Of a DNA stretch of 64,000 bases, positions 1-11,734 are shown piece by piece. The notes under the pieces are model-generated. The model made no database searches. It was not told the DNA's origin and was given only the letters and a program-made list of their open reading frames with translations. Origin of the DNA: Octopus vulgaris (lineage: Eukaryota); NCBI GenBank assembly GCA_951406725.2, contig OX597836.1, forward strand, positions 806,001 through 870,000. Reading direction: 5' to 3'. The position numbers and the translations under genes are program-made. How positions within the stretch are numbered: the first letter of the stretch is position 1; each line of letters opens with the position of its first letter.

Positions 1-337
1 CTCAGGAATTAGGAAAAATTAGAAGGAAGTGTCCCTCACAGTTTGAACATATGCTCTTCTTATGAAAGAATAGACAAGGAAAAGTAAATGGTGAAACAGA
101 AGAACATATGTGCGTCTATAAAATTGCTACAATATACTGAAGTGACTGGAAGAGATAAAGAGATCGCAAGAGAATTTTCCAGCTCCAGTCAGCAGCAAGA
201 CTGTTGTAGTATAGCCCCATATCTTTCTATTTCTTTTAACTTTTGATAATCAGAAAAATCTGTGAAACCAGTTAAGCATGTAAATATAAACCATCTAAAA
301 GATTCCCAGTGCATTTTCAACATATTTTTTCTACCCA

Positions 338-377
<40 letters not shown>

Positions 378-387
378 TTGCTAGACC

Positions 388-1110
388 AGGTGATAAAAAT
401 TACAGAAAGGATCATAGCTCAATTAATTAGAAAGTGAAGAAGCAGTGATGAGATGCAATTTGGTTTCATGCTAAGAAGAATCACTACCAATGCTGTCTTA
501 CTGGTGTGGAAACTGCAAGAGAAGTACTTGGCCAAAAATAAACCTCTGCATTTAGCTTTAGTTGACATGGAGAAAGCCTTTGACAGGGACCCCCTTATCA
601 GGTGAGCAATACGGAAGTTAGGGATAGATGGCTAATTGATGAAGCCTGTAAAACCCATGTACAGGGACACCATCAATTAGGTGAAAGTTGCCAATAAGTA
701 TAGCAAGCAATATGGTGTTCAATTATGAATCCACCAGGTATGGAAGCAAGGTCTGGAATCAAAGAGCTTTAAAGTCAATTTAGCAAAGATCAAAATTCTA
801 ATAAGTAGGAAAACAGACAAAATCACAGACCCCTTCAAGGAGATGGCTCTGCTCAATATGTAGAAAAGATGTTGGTAGAAACTCCATACAATGTATCCAG
901 TGAAGGCTATGGACACATAAATGGTGTAGTGGTATCACTGGAAGATTAACAGAGAAAGTAGTCTTTACATGTGGCAGATGTGCAGGTCTGTTAAACACCA
1001 GAAATGTACAGAAACTAGACCCTTCAAATGTCTTGTGGCATCCTTAGAAGTAGAAGACAGTTTCTGCTACTTAGGTGACCAAATTAGCAGTGGTGGAGGT
1101 TGTTCCAAAA
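388..1110 (+). mobile_element. Decayed RTE-clade LINE reverse transcriptase fragment
   Basis: Translates with stops/frameshifts to DEMQFGFM..TTNAV..LQEKYLAKNKPLHLALVDMEKAFDR and LEVEDSFCYLGDQISSGGGCS; the YLGD motif recurs at ~38510. Confidence 0.85.
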
Positions 1111-1744
1111 GACCAAGTGTAATTGCAGCCTTAGTTTGTGACAGAACAAAACTTGAAGAGGAATAGAGAATTATATCTTTATGAAATAAAATTAACATAA
1201 AATCCCAATATTAAGTGAACATCAATTATTACCTTATATTGAAACGATTGTGAAGCTGAGATAAGTGAATGAATGAAATGTTCAGGTTAATTGCCTTTGT
1301 TTATCTTGTAGTGGGGAAATAAGTACTTGACCACATGATGTAAGCAACAGCTGCCCTTGAGAAATGCATTCCTTTTATTAGGCCACATTCATTAATATAT
1401 ATGATATAGTCCATTGGTAAACCATATAAGAGATATTTTCCATTAATACACATTTGAAGACGAAACATTCAGTGGTTTTTCCAATGACTGATTGAGGGTT
1501 ATGGTTACATTTATTCCTCAAAATATTTTAATTCATCATTGCTCTATTACATCATTGCAGACTAGGTTTTTGGTTTCTCTTGTAATATTTCTGGCAATAA
1601 TATCCATTGATTCTCTTTCAAGTCTTCCTTCAATGCATATTAAATTCAATTCCTTTTTTTTATAGTAATATAAGACATTGTCTGAAAGAGGTGTTAACTG
1701 CCACAAAGGAACAGAAAAGTACATTGAAAATATAACAAATTTAC

Positions 1745-1822
1745 CTACATACTGTTTTAAATGACAGGAATATGTTCTTGTTGATAAACTTACCTGCAAA
1801 TAAAAGAAGAAGAAAAAGAACA
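1745..1822 (-). other. Candidate recursive splice site (ratchet point) plus cryptic RS-exon
   Basis: Minus strand ttctttttcttcttcttttatttgCAG|GTAAGT (junction 1794/1793); downstream donor TAG|GTAAAT at 1745/1744 gives a 49-nt exon. Confidence 0.5.
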
Positions 1823-2209
1823 TAAGTATTATTTGGTATCAATGTTTTTAGATAATCAAAAAAGATGATAATTTTAAAAACAGAAAAAAATTTACAGTAT
1901 GTATACATGGGCATATATATGTAGATACACAATTTCGAGTGACTTCACATAGACAATATACATAAACACATAGATAGGAATATGTATGCTGTATATATTT
2001 ATATACATTCTCAGTCACATTTCTTTTCAATACCCTCACTGATAACTATTATGAAGCTATCTACTACACCCTCTCTCTCTCTCTCTCTTTCTTTGCCAGT
2101 GCTCTCTTACCCATCACACACTCACACACATACACACTAGTTCTCTTTCACTCTCTATTACCTTCATCCCCATATATACATACACAAATACACATACATG
2201 CACACACAT

Positions 2210-2240
<31 letters not shown>

Positions 2241-2654
2241 AGCACATACATACACATATATATACATATAGGTACACACACACACGTGTGAAGTAGATGA
2301 GTGCAAATCTGTGTGTGTGTGTGTGTGTGTGTACCTTTACGAGTGCACTTGCATACCATTGCATATAAGCATGCTGGTGTATGGGTGTGTATGTGTATGT
2401 TTGTTCATATGTAAAAGCAGTCCCCCTTTACCCTCCTCATGTACATAACTGAGTGTAAGCAAGGGTATGTGTGTGTATGCCTCTGAACATTAGTGCATGT
2501 ATGTGTGTGTGTATATGTACATGTGTGCGCAAGCATATGTTTCTTAGGAATTGGTGGAAATGCATCTCTGTTCAGTGATTTATAAGTATCCTGTCGCATT
2601 TTTCCTCACTTATTATTATTATTTTTATTGTTGTTATTGTTGGGGGGGGGGAGT

Positions 2655-2860
2655 GGCAGAAGCATTAGTACATCAGATAAAATGTCTAGCAGTATTTCTT
2701 CTGGCTATTATCTTCTGAGTTCAAATCTCACCAATGTCTGCTTTACCTTTCATCCTTTTGGGGACAACTAAATAAAGTACTGGCCAAGTATTGGAGGTTG
2801 ATGTAATTGACTTGCCCCTCCCCACTAAAATTGCTGGTTTTGTGCCAAAATTTGAATCCA
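2655..2860 (+). mobile_element. tRNA-derived SINE family A
   Basis: B-box-like gagttcaaat, core ctttcatccttttgggg..aagtac, 3' end ttgtgccaaaatttgaa then (cat/tat)n; many paralogues in window. Confidence 0.8.
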
Positions 2861-3044
2861 CCCATCATCATCATTATTATGGTTTCCTTCCATTATATCT
2901 TTATTTCAGCTACCTTAATACCGGGCATCCTCTGGAGGCCAAGAGTAGCAAGGGTACTTTATCATTATTATCATTATTATTATTATTATTATTATCATGG
3001 CGGTAAACAAGATGCCTTAAGGAAGAAGTAATTACAGGGGTATC

Positions 3045-3340
3045 AAATTACTGGGCAAGTTACAGAAGTTATTGAAAGAGTTGTAGCTCAGTTAATTAGG
3101 AAGGCAGTTACTCTAGATGAGATGCAGTTTGGTTTTATGCTGAAAAGAAGTACTACTGATGATCTGTTTATAGCACAGAAACTGCAGAAGTATTTAGAAA
3201 GTATTAGAAGTATTTGGCATTCATTGATCTGGAGAAAGCCTATCATATGGTGCCTTTCTCCCTCATTTGGTCGTTCCTACGGAGTCTAGAAGAGGGATAG
3301 CTAATGAACGTCGTTGAAGCTACGTACAGGGATGCTGTCC
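3045..3340 (+). mobile_element. RTE LINE RT fragment
   Basis: DEMQFGFMLKRSTTDDLF and LAFIDLEKAY motifs, paralogous to 388-600. Confidence 0.8.
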
Positions 3341-3950
3341 TGCCCCTCTATCAGACTTTCATATCCCTCAGCACTATACCCCACTCAGCTGAGAGGCTCT
3401 TGTCATATGGGTACTTGGTGCTCTTACCAGTGCCGGTGTCATAAAAAAGACATCCAGCACATTCTGTGAAGTGGTTGGCATTAGGAAGTGCATCCAAAAT
3501 AGACATTGTAAATTAAAATGAGCATTTTTATTATTGCTTATCCACCTTTTTGCTTTCAGAATGATGAGGTTTGTCTTTTTACCCATTTTGTCTTGACTGA
3601 AGAAATAGCTGCATACTGTGACCCCATAGCTGCATACTAATTGACCACAAGACTGCCCAAAATACACTTCCCACCCACCCACACACACACAATTAAATTA
3701 TTACCAGGAGAGGTATTTATGTCCACTAAATCAACTGGAATTTATTACCAGTATTTCATTAGCAACTGAAAAAACTGATGACGATGATGATTGTTAAGAT
3801 GACAGAGATTTCTTTTGATAGTTGTTATGGTGTTGGAGATTGTCCCAGAAACATTCTGGAGCCAATCTCAACATCTGTAGCTTTCAAGGATGGGCTCTGC
3901 TCCAGTGTGGACAAATACCATCAAAATAATTTATACACATCACCATGCAC

Positions 3951-4010
<60 letters not shown>

Positions 4011-4824
4011 TAATATATGTGTACCAAAAACAGGTGATAATGATTGTGATGTTGCTGGTGCTCTTGTGTGCGTCTGTAATTATTAACATTATTTATTCAT
4101 TTATTTTTTCTTTTTTATATTTATTCTAGTTCAGTCTAATTAAATCTAAAATAATCTAATATAAAAATTTAATTTGATTTTTTAGATTAAAAAAACATAT
4201 TAACATGTGTGTCAAAAAGTGAAGTAGATAGAGGGATAGAAAGGGAATGCAAGAAAGAGATAGAGAAAGGGAATGCGAGAAAGAGAGAGAGAGAGGGTAT
4301 GAGAGAGAGAATTGTATGGGATACGTGTGAGAGACAGAAACAGCAAGCAGAGAAATGCAGAGATAAAAAGAGAGAGAGAGCGAGCGGAAGAGTGGAAAAA
4401 AGAGATAGAGGTGGAGGATGAGAAAGCGAGAAAGATGTGGGTATGAGAGAAAGAGGGAAAATGATCAAGAAGGAAAGAGAGACAACCAGAAATGAGTTGA
4501 ATTGTTATAATCATTTTTTCCCAGTTGGTAACAATTATTGGTTGAAAAACTTAAAAACTTCAAATACAAATGAAATGAAACAATTACAATTTTACTTTTT
4601 CAGCCTGCAAAGAATTTCTGCAATTTTACCTGCATATTAACTTAATATGACAACTGCATCATAATGTTGTTATATTCTGTATTATGCACAAGTGATATGG
4701 TGGCAGTGGTTGTTGATGCATTTTCTTTAGAAAACTTCCAATGATAAATGTAATTAATCATTTGGAAAAAAAAAAGTTGAAATTCAATTTTTTCCTCATT
4801 GTTTGATGAAAGATGATAATAATG

Positions 4825-4878
<54 letters not shown>

Positions 4879-5933
4879 ATATATATATACATATACATGT
4901 ATGTATATATTATACACACACACACATACATTTTTTTATCAGCTGCAAAATTACAAAAGGACTCAATACCTGAGAGTTTTGTGCATAGTGCTAATCAATC
5001 AATCAATCACACACACACAAAAGAGACCTGCTGTCCAGTTAACATCACTTACCAAGAACAGACACACATCAACCAAATTTCTAATTATTTCAAACAAGAT
5101 TCATTACTAGATCTTATCAACGGCATTTCAAATGACACTTCAAATATGTGTTTATGTATATGATATTTATGTGCTGGTATATGTGTGAGTGTTTGTGTGT
5201 GTATATATGTATGTGTATGTGTGTGTGTGTGTGTGTGTATGTGCCTTGTTGAGTGACTTGTGAGGGCCAATGGAACTCTTCCACACCAGATGAGCTGACT
5301 TTTCCATAGCAGTCTTCATAGCCTTGTTTTCTACAAGTTGATCAATAATGCTTTGCTTGGTTTGGCAATATCTGTATGTCCATCTGTGGGTTTCCAGAGA
5401 AGATCACTGAATATTTTTTCTATGCTTCTCCAGCAGTGCCCTGCATAATGTGTTCTTTCTCTGATTTCTGAGCAGATGCCACACAGTTGCTATTTTGTAG
5501 AGTGTTGCTCCCACGAAAGATTGAAAATTGCACATATTCTTGTTGAATAGCAAAATTGCTTGAATATTGCACTTTGACATTTCCATTTCAGATGATTGTA
5601 ACAACGGTGAAAAAAATTATCAATGTTAATTTATTGGTGCATTTGGGCAAGTCTATGTCTGTATTATCAGACAACTGCTAAAAAATGTTTAAAAAAATTC
5701 AAAACTGCAAAAATCCAATACAAATTCTTCATGGTTTAAAACGTTGCTTACTTCTTACTTAACCTGACTGCAAACTCCAAAAGTTTTTTATTCTCTGTCT
5801 CTTTATTTCTTCATGTTCCTTTCTATTGAAGAGCATTGGCTTGAAATGTAAAAGACTTTCTCACCTTCCCAAGCATTAAACTAATACACCTGTCTTCGGC
5901 TTTTGTTTTTCTGTAAATTCCAACTATACATAC

Positions 5934-5979
<46 letters not shown>

Positions 5980-6296
5980 TATATGTATTATTGTGTGGTA
6001 TGATTTTGTGTGGTATCGATCAGTTAAGAGAATAAAGATATATTATAATGAATACCACAAATAGCCTTGAGAAATACAGCAACCCAGATTTTCCTGGACA
6101 AAATATTAATTTATTTTGTCATTTATCAAGCTGGTACTAAATCATCTTCTTGCTTTTACCAACTTGATAGATGGAAAAATAATTATCATTTTGGCCAGAA
6201 CACCATGTGTTGTTGTATTTCACAAGGCTTTTTGAAATCTCATAATAATAATAATAATGACACTCTGGAAAATGGACATTAAAGGATGATTAATAA

Positions 6297-6515
6297 TGGC
6301 TTCAGATTTTGGCTCAAGGCCAGCAATTTAGTGGGGGGGGGAGTAATTCGATTACATTGACCCCCAATACTCAACTGGTACTTATTTTATTGATCCCAAA
6401 AGGATGAAAAGCAAAGCTGACCTCAGCAGAATTTAAACTCAGAACATAAAGATTGGCAAAATGCTGCTGAGCATTTTGCCTGGTATGCAAACGTTTCTGC
6501 CAGTTCACCACCTTA
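6297..6515 (-). mobile_element. SINE family A
   Basis: Reverse-complement copy of family A (CpG-decayed), flanked by (AAT)n. Confidence 0.8.
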
Positions 6516-6599
6516 ATAATAATAATGATAATAATAATAGTAATTAAAGTGAAGTTGCTTACTTATCAACCCATCATGCCTGTTTGATTCCAGGATCAT

Positions 6600-6922
6600 A
6601 AAGAAAGGGGAAGGAAAGCAAAAATAATACAATCACTTAAAATTTGAAATAGAAAAATTTGGAGCATATGAACAATAAAGGTGGGAAGAGTAAGCAAAGA
6701 TATAGACAAATGGCTGAAGGAGATTGGAATAGAATGCCCAGTGGAGCTCCAACAGAAAAGTTGTCTCTTAGGGACAGCAAGGATTATTGGGATGGTTCTA
6801 AGCTCTTGAAAGACTGCTGAAAACTCGTGGATAGCTAAGGTTACAGGTAGTGAACTGCTACTCACATAAATCCAACCAGGAATAAGACCAAATCGTAGCT
6901 AAACCAAAATAATAATAATAAT
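6600..6922 (+). mobile_element. 3' end of RLE-type (R4/Dong-like) LINE with (TAA)n tail
   Basis: VSKDIDKWLKEIGIECPVELQQKSCLLGTARIIGMVLSS* resembles the QK..L.GT..I/VL C-terminus of the copy at 11735-12231. Confidence 0.7.
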
Positions 6923-6976
6923 AAAGATTTCTTTATTTAAATAGATAATAATAATAATAATTTCTTTATTTATATA

Positions 6977-7017
<41 letters not shown>

Positions 7018-7039
7018 TTTCTTTACTTAAATAAAGAAA

Positions 7040-7062
<23 letters not shown>

Positions 7063-7077
<15 letters not shown>

Positions 7078-7178
7078 TTGGTTTAGTTCAGATTTGGTCT
7101 TATTCCTGAAGGATTTATATGGATAGCAAATTAATACCTGTAACTTTAGGTATCCATGAGTTTTCAGCAGTTTTCAAG
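7063..7178 (-). mobile_element. Inverted copy of the same RLE-LINE 3' UTR
   Basis: Imperfect reverse complement of 6805-6920. Confidence 0.8.
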
Positions 7179-7247
7179 TGCTTTGTGTGTGCTGATTAAA
7201 GAATAACTCAAGGTGTATACAGCAATGCATACATGTGAATGTATATA

Positions 7248-7289
<42 letters not shown>

Positions 7290-8175
7290 CAGGGTACGAT
7301 GGGTAAATTGCCACTGTTTTATATTTTTGATTTCGCACATGCACATTGCTTGTTTTTGATTTTGTAGACTACACAGTATAGTAGGGTCAGTTGGGTACTG
7401 TCTTGGATAAAAACAGCACCATGACGCAATTCACTCTGCCAGAAATTTGGAGACAATATGTTGTACTGCTTGGCATTTGTGTCAGAAGCTCCAGTATGAA
7501 CAAATGGTGAACACATAACAACTGCTGGCTTGCTGTGTCCCCAAAACATGTACCAAGAGAGATAAAAATCAAACATCCAGTCAACATCATGGTGTTTGGA
7601 GTGATCACTAGTGATGGCGACATTATGCCTCTATTCCTCTTCCCACGCAACCTCAGACTCAACACAGGGGCCTACATCAAGTGCCTGGAGGAGATAGTGC
7701 TGCCATATGTCAAGAGGGTGGCTGCTGGAACACCCTATGTCTTGCAACAGGACTCTGCACCATGCTACACCAGCAGGGGAACCCAGTCATGGCTGTCAGA
7801 CCATTTCTGTGACCACATCTTCCCTAATATCTCGTCACCAACTCCCTAGACAGCAACCCTCTTAATTATTATGCGTGGGGCACAGTTGAGCAAGAGACCA
7901 ACAAAATTCCTCATAACACCAAAAGATGAACTGAAGGAAAGAATTATGGCAGCATTCACCAATGTAAACAAGGAGACTGTCCAGAAGAATTGTAGGAGAT
8001 TCCAAAGTTGTCTGAAGGCAGTGGTTGAAACTAATGGCAATTTTATTGAATACACTTACTCTTTAGTATTTCAAGATAATTTTATGTAATTTTGGTAAAT
8101 ATATCTGTTAAAATGAGACGTCAATGTTATTTTCATTTTTGCATAATTTAGACAACAGTTTATTCATCGCACCTG
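7290..8175 (+). mobile_element. Internally deleted Tc1/mariner DNA transposon, probably maT (DD37D) type
   Basis: Imperfect TIRs cagggtacgatgggtaaattg / rc caggtgcgatgaataaactg, TA on left; transposase relic IMVFGVITSDG..YVLQQDSAPCYTS..[fs]NSLDSNPLNYYAWG; spacing fits D37D with the last D mutated. Confidence 0.8.
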
Positions 8176-8360
8176 AAGAAGTGCTCTCTACTTCCATACT
8201 TTTTTTGGTGTGTGTACATATCAATTACATTTTGACAAGAAGAGGAGTTACAGTGACTTTGGGATTTTGGTCTGTAAGCTTTCCTCAGACTGTAATGAAG
8301 GCTAGCAGGCTGAAACTTCAAGATCACTGTCACCCCTATTCTTATAAAAAGTAGAATATA

Positions 8361-8393
<33 letters not shown>

Positions 8394-8491
8394 TGATAAA
8401 ACGGTAAGATAACAAAAGAAAGAAAGAGACCTCAATATTATGTAAATAGAGGAAATTTATCTATACAATATGTTACATTACTCGGTAGTCA

Positions 8492-8554
8492 AGATAAAAC
8501 TCTGAGTTTCAGATGCCGAAGTGGAAATCCACAACACCATCTCATCGGTTATCT
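8492..8554 (-). ncRNA. Mirror copy of the pLTR hammerhead ribozyme
   Basis: Reverse complement of 10704-10766. Confidence 0.75.
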
Positions 8555-8750
8555 GGCTATTTGAAAACGTCATGAAAAAATATACCGTTAAAAATGAAGG
8601 GAAATTACTCTGTTATAACTCTGCTTTGCCTGCGTACTTATACATCGCTCGCATTTTTCGTCATAAAAATTATATAAAAATACATAAAAATATATAAAAA
8701 TATATAAAAATATATAAAATCTTCTTGGGACATAACACAGAAAGCATGTT

Positions 8751-10046
8751 CTATCCGTTTTCTTTAGGGGACCAAAAACGTAACAGAAATTTAGTCACAT
8801 GTGGGCATGATCCGAAAAGTTCTGTCCTTGTATTTAGACATGTGGTAGGGTCTAAGCTGCTTTTCCAGATAAGCCATCTCTCCATGTCGCATAAACCGCA
8901 CCTTCCGCTGCCGTTAGTATAGGGCTTACATCTGGCCAAAATCTTCCATTGTATGTTATAATCGACACCTTTATCTCTTAAAGACCAAATATGATTGGAT
9001 AATTGTGTCGCTTTTCTTTTGTTCCAGTGCCTAAAGCTCAAAGTGTGGTTATTGAACCTGGCCTTGAAATTACCCTCTGTCAGGCCCACGTATTTCTTCG
9101 TCGAAACGGTGTCTTTAGTGGTTATAGAGTTTACGGTAGCTTCATATATGATGGTCTTGGACATGCAAGCTCCATTTAGCGGGCACAATTCTTTATTCCT
9201 GCATGAACAGCTGTTTTCTTCTTGTGTTTTTTGTATGTTATGATTGATTATGTTTTTAAAATTGGTAGTTGAACTAAAACTAATTTTTAAATTGTGTCTA
9301 TTGAAGAGTTTCCTATAAGCATGGTTAACTGGAAAATGTCTATCTATCAGTGCTAGGAAATATTTACCTATATTGAAGGCCACCTCGGGTGAGTAAGGGG
9401 CGTAAACCAGATGACCTTCCTATTTCTATTATTCCTTTTCCTTATTGTTGGGCTGGTGATAGGTGTATATTTTATTTTTTCGCTAAAACCACTATCTTTT
9501 AAAGCTTTATTATAAACTGGGGCAACGCTATTGAAGATGTCCTCATTAGATGAGAGGCTAGAAATCCTCTTACTAATATTTTTAACTAAATTTTTGAATA
9601 CTATAGGGGGATGGCATGAACCTACATTAATATAACTTAGTCTATCATTGGGCTTCCTATAAGGCTTATAAATATTATTATTAAGATCTAAGGAAACGTC
9701 TAAGAAATTGACAACCGTCAGGTTAGTGTCTATAGTTATACTAAGTCCGAAGTGTTTCATTAACTGGATAATATCCTTCCTAAAACGATCTTGTGCTGGT
9801 CCATTTGTATTAGCTGTTAAGGCGAGGGCATCATCTTTGTAGATGGCGAAATGTACGTTAGGGAATGTCTTACCGAAGGTATCTAGGAGAAAGAGTCCAA
9901 TTAGATCACAGATGCCTGCCCCATCATATGAACCCATGCTCACATCGAAAGCGCCCTCCGTGTCGGTGTTTTTTACCCACTTTGCATTCTCACTGAAAAG
10001 TAATGTCTTTCTAGCATGGAAGATTATATCCTTATCATTGTATCCT
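8751..10046 (-). pseudogene. PLE reverse transcriptase plus GIY-YIG endonuclease, one frameshift near 9400
   Basis: FDVSMGSYDGAGICDLIG..AIYKDDAL..NFLDVSLDL..YRKPND..SCHPP; adding one C restores WFTPPYSPEVAFNIG; EN: CSCRNKELCPLNGAC, IIYEA..YVGLTE, RFNNH, CGLC, CPH. Confidence 0.9.
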
Positions 10047-10507
10047 GCTGTTCATGCAGGAATAAAGAATTGTGCCCGCTAAATGGAGCTTGCATGTCCA
10101 AGACCATCATATATGAAGCTACCGTAAACTCTATAACCACTAAAGACACCGTTTCGACGAAGAAATACGTGGGCCTGACAGAGGGTAATTTCAAGGCCAG
10201 GTTCAATAACCACACTTTGAGCTTTAGGCACTGGAACAAAAGAAAAGCGACACAATTATCCAATCATATTTGGTCTTTAAGAGATAAAGGTGTCGATTAT
10301 AACATACAATGGAAGATTTTGGCCAGATGTAAGCCCTATACTAACGGCAGCGGAAGGTGCGGTTTATGCGACATGGAGAGATGGCTTATCTGGAAAAGCA
10401 GCTTAGACCCTACCACATGTCTAAATACAAGGACAGAACTTTTCGGATCATGCCCACATGTGACTAAATTTCTGTTACGTTTTTGGTCCCCTAAAGAAAA
10501 CGGATAG
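10047..10507 (+). pseudogene. Duplicate GIY-YIG endonuclease domain within the inverted pLTR
   Basis: Protein identical to the C-terminal part of ORF 8751..9383. Confidence 0.9.
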
Positions 10508-10703
10508 AACATGCTTTCTGTGTTATGTCCCAAGAAGATTTTATATATTTTTATATATTTTTATATATTTTTATGTATTTTTATATAATTTTTATGACGA
10601 AAAATGCGAGCGATGTATAAGTACGCAGGCAAAGCAGAGTTATAACAGAGTAATTTCCCTTCATTTTTAACGGTATATTTTTTCATGACGTTTTCAAATA
10701 GCC

Positions 10704-10766
10704 AGATAACCGATGAGATGGTGTTGTGGATTTCCACTTCGGCATCTGAAACTCAGAGTTTTATCT
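10704..10766 (+). ncRNA. Type I hammerhead ribozyme in pLTR (CCGAUGA core variant)
   Basis: Stem I agataa/ttatct; core CCGATGA; stem II gatg..gtgg/ccac..catc; (t)GAAA; near-palindromic stem III actc-a-gagt; GUU triplet. Confidence 0.75.
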
Positions 10767-10795
10767 TGACTACCGAGTAATGTAACATATTGTAT

Positions 10796-10836
<41 letters not shown>

Positions 10837-11088
10837 CACATACATATATTTAAAATGAGATTGACTCAGCTTCACACTAAAGTTTTGTGAGTGCAGGACA
10901 TATCAATTTTATTAGATGTTTAGAGTCAGATTGAAGATAATTTAAAAGAAATTTGAAATGGCTTCTTGGTAAGAATATAGAGGCTTTCATCGGTTAGTTC
11001 AGGTTATGTGGCTGGTTTAGCAACATTTGTTTTTTTCATTGGATGCCTCACAAGATCAGACAGAAAGGTTTTTGGTATCAGTTAGTCA

Positions 11089-11119
<31 letters not shown>

Positions 11120-11319
11120 TGTATGTATGTACAAATAGATAGATAAACAGTCAGATGGACAGACAAAAAGACAGATAGATTTATATACATATATACACAT
11201 ATATATAGAAATACATATATACATACACATGCATACATACATACATACATTCATACAGACTGACAGACAGATAGATACACACACACATGTATATATACAC
11301 ACACACACACACAGTAATG

Positions 11320-11490
11320 CACTCTGTAAAGTGGTTGGCATTAGGAAGGGCATCCAGCTATAAAAACCATACCAAAACAGGCAGTGGAGTTCAGTGCAGT
11401 CCTCTGGCTTGCTAGCTCCTGTCAAGTTGTCCAACTCATGCCAGCATGGAAAATGGATGTTAAATGATGGTGATGATGATGATGATGATG
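11320..11490 (+). mobile_element. Solo RTE 3' tail / RTE-derived short element
   Basis: gtggttggcattaggaagggcatccagc..catgccagcatggaaaatggatgttaaa(tga)n matches 3' UTRs of RTE copies at 39290-39450 and 43750-43897. Confidence 0.75.
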
Positions 11491-11696
11491 TTTCAAATTT
11501 TGGCACTAAGCCAGGAGGTTCAGGGAAGGAGGATAGTCAATTGCATCAACCCTGGTGCTCGGCTTGTACATATTTTATACTGACCCCAAAAGGATGAAAG
11601 GCAAAGTTGACCTTTCCAGAATTCAGAATGTAAAGACTGATGAAATGCTGCTATGCATTTTGCCAGCCATAGTAATGATTCTACCAGCTTGCTGCC

Positions 11697-11700
<4 letters not shown>
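11491..11700 (-). mobile_element. SINE family A
   Basis: aaaggatgaaaggcaaagttgacc core; flanked by (GAT)n and (TAA)n. Confidence 0.75.
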
Positions 11701-11733
<33 letters not shown>

Positions 11734-11734
11734 G

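Larger units (their letters stand above)
8394..10800 (-). mobile_element. Penelope-like retroelement (Naiad-type), 5'-truncated, with inverted pseudo-LTRs, inserted in (TA)n
   Basis: RT and GIY-YIG ORFs; inverted arms 8458-9211 / 10047-10800; extra 3' tail 8394-8457; (TA)n on both flanks. Confidence 0.92.

Noticed and set aside
5270-5605. Mariner N-terminus (MEMSKCNIQAILL)
   Set aside because: Similarity limited to ~13 residues; no TIRs or catalytic motifs seen
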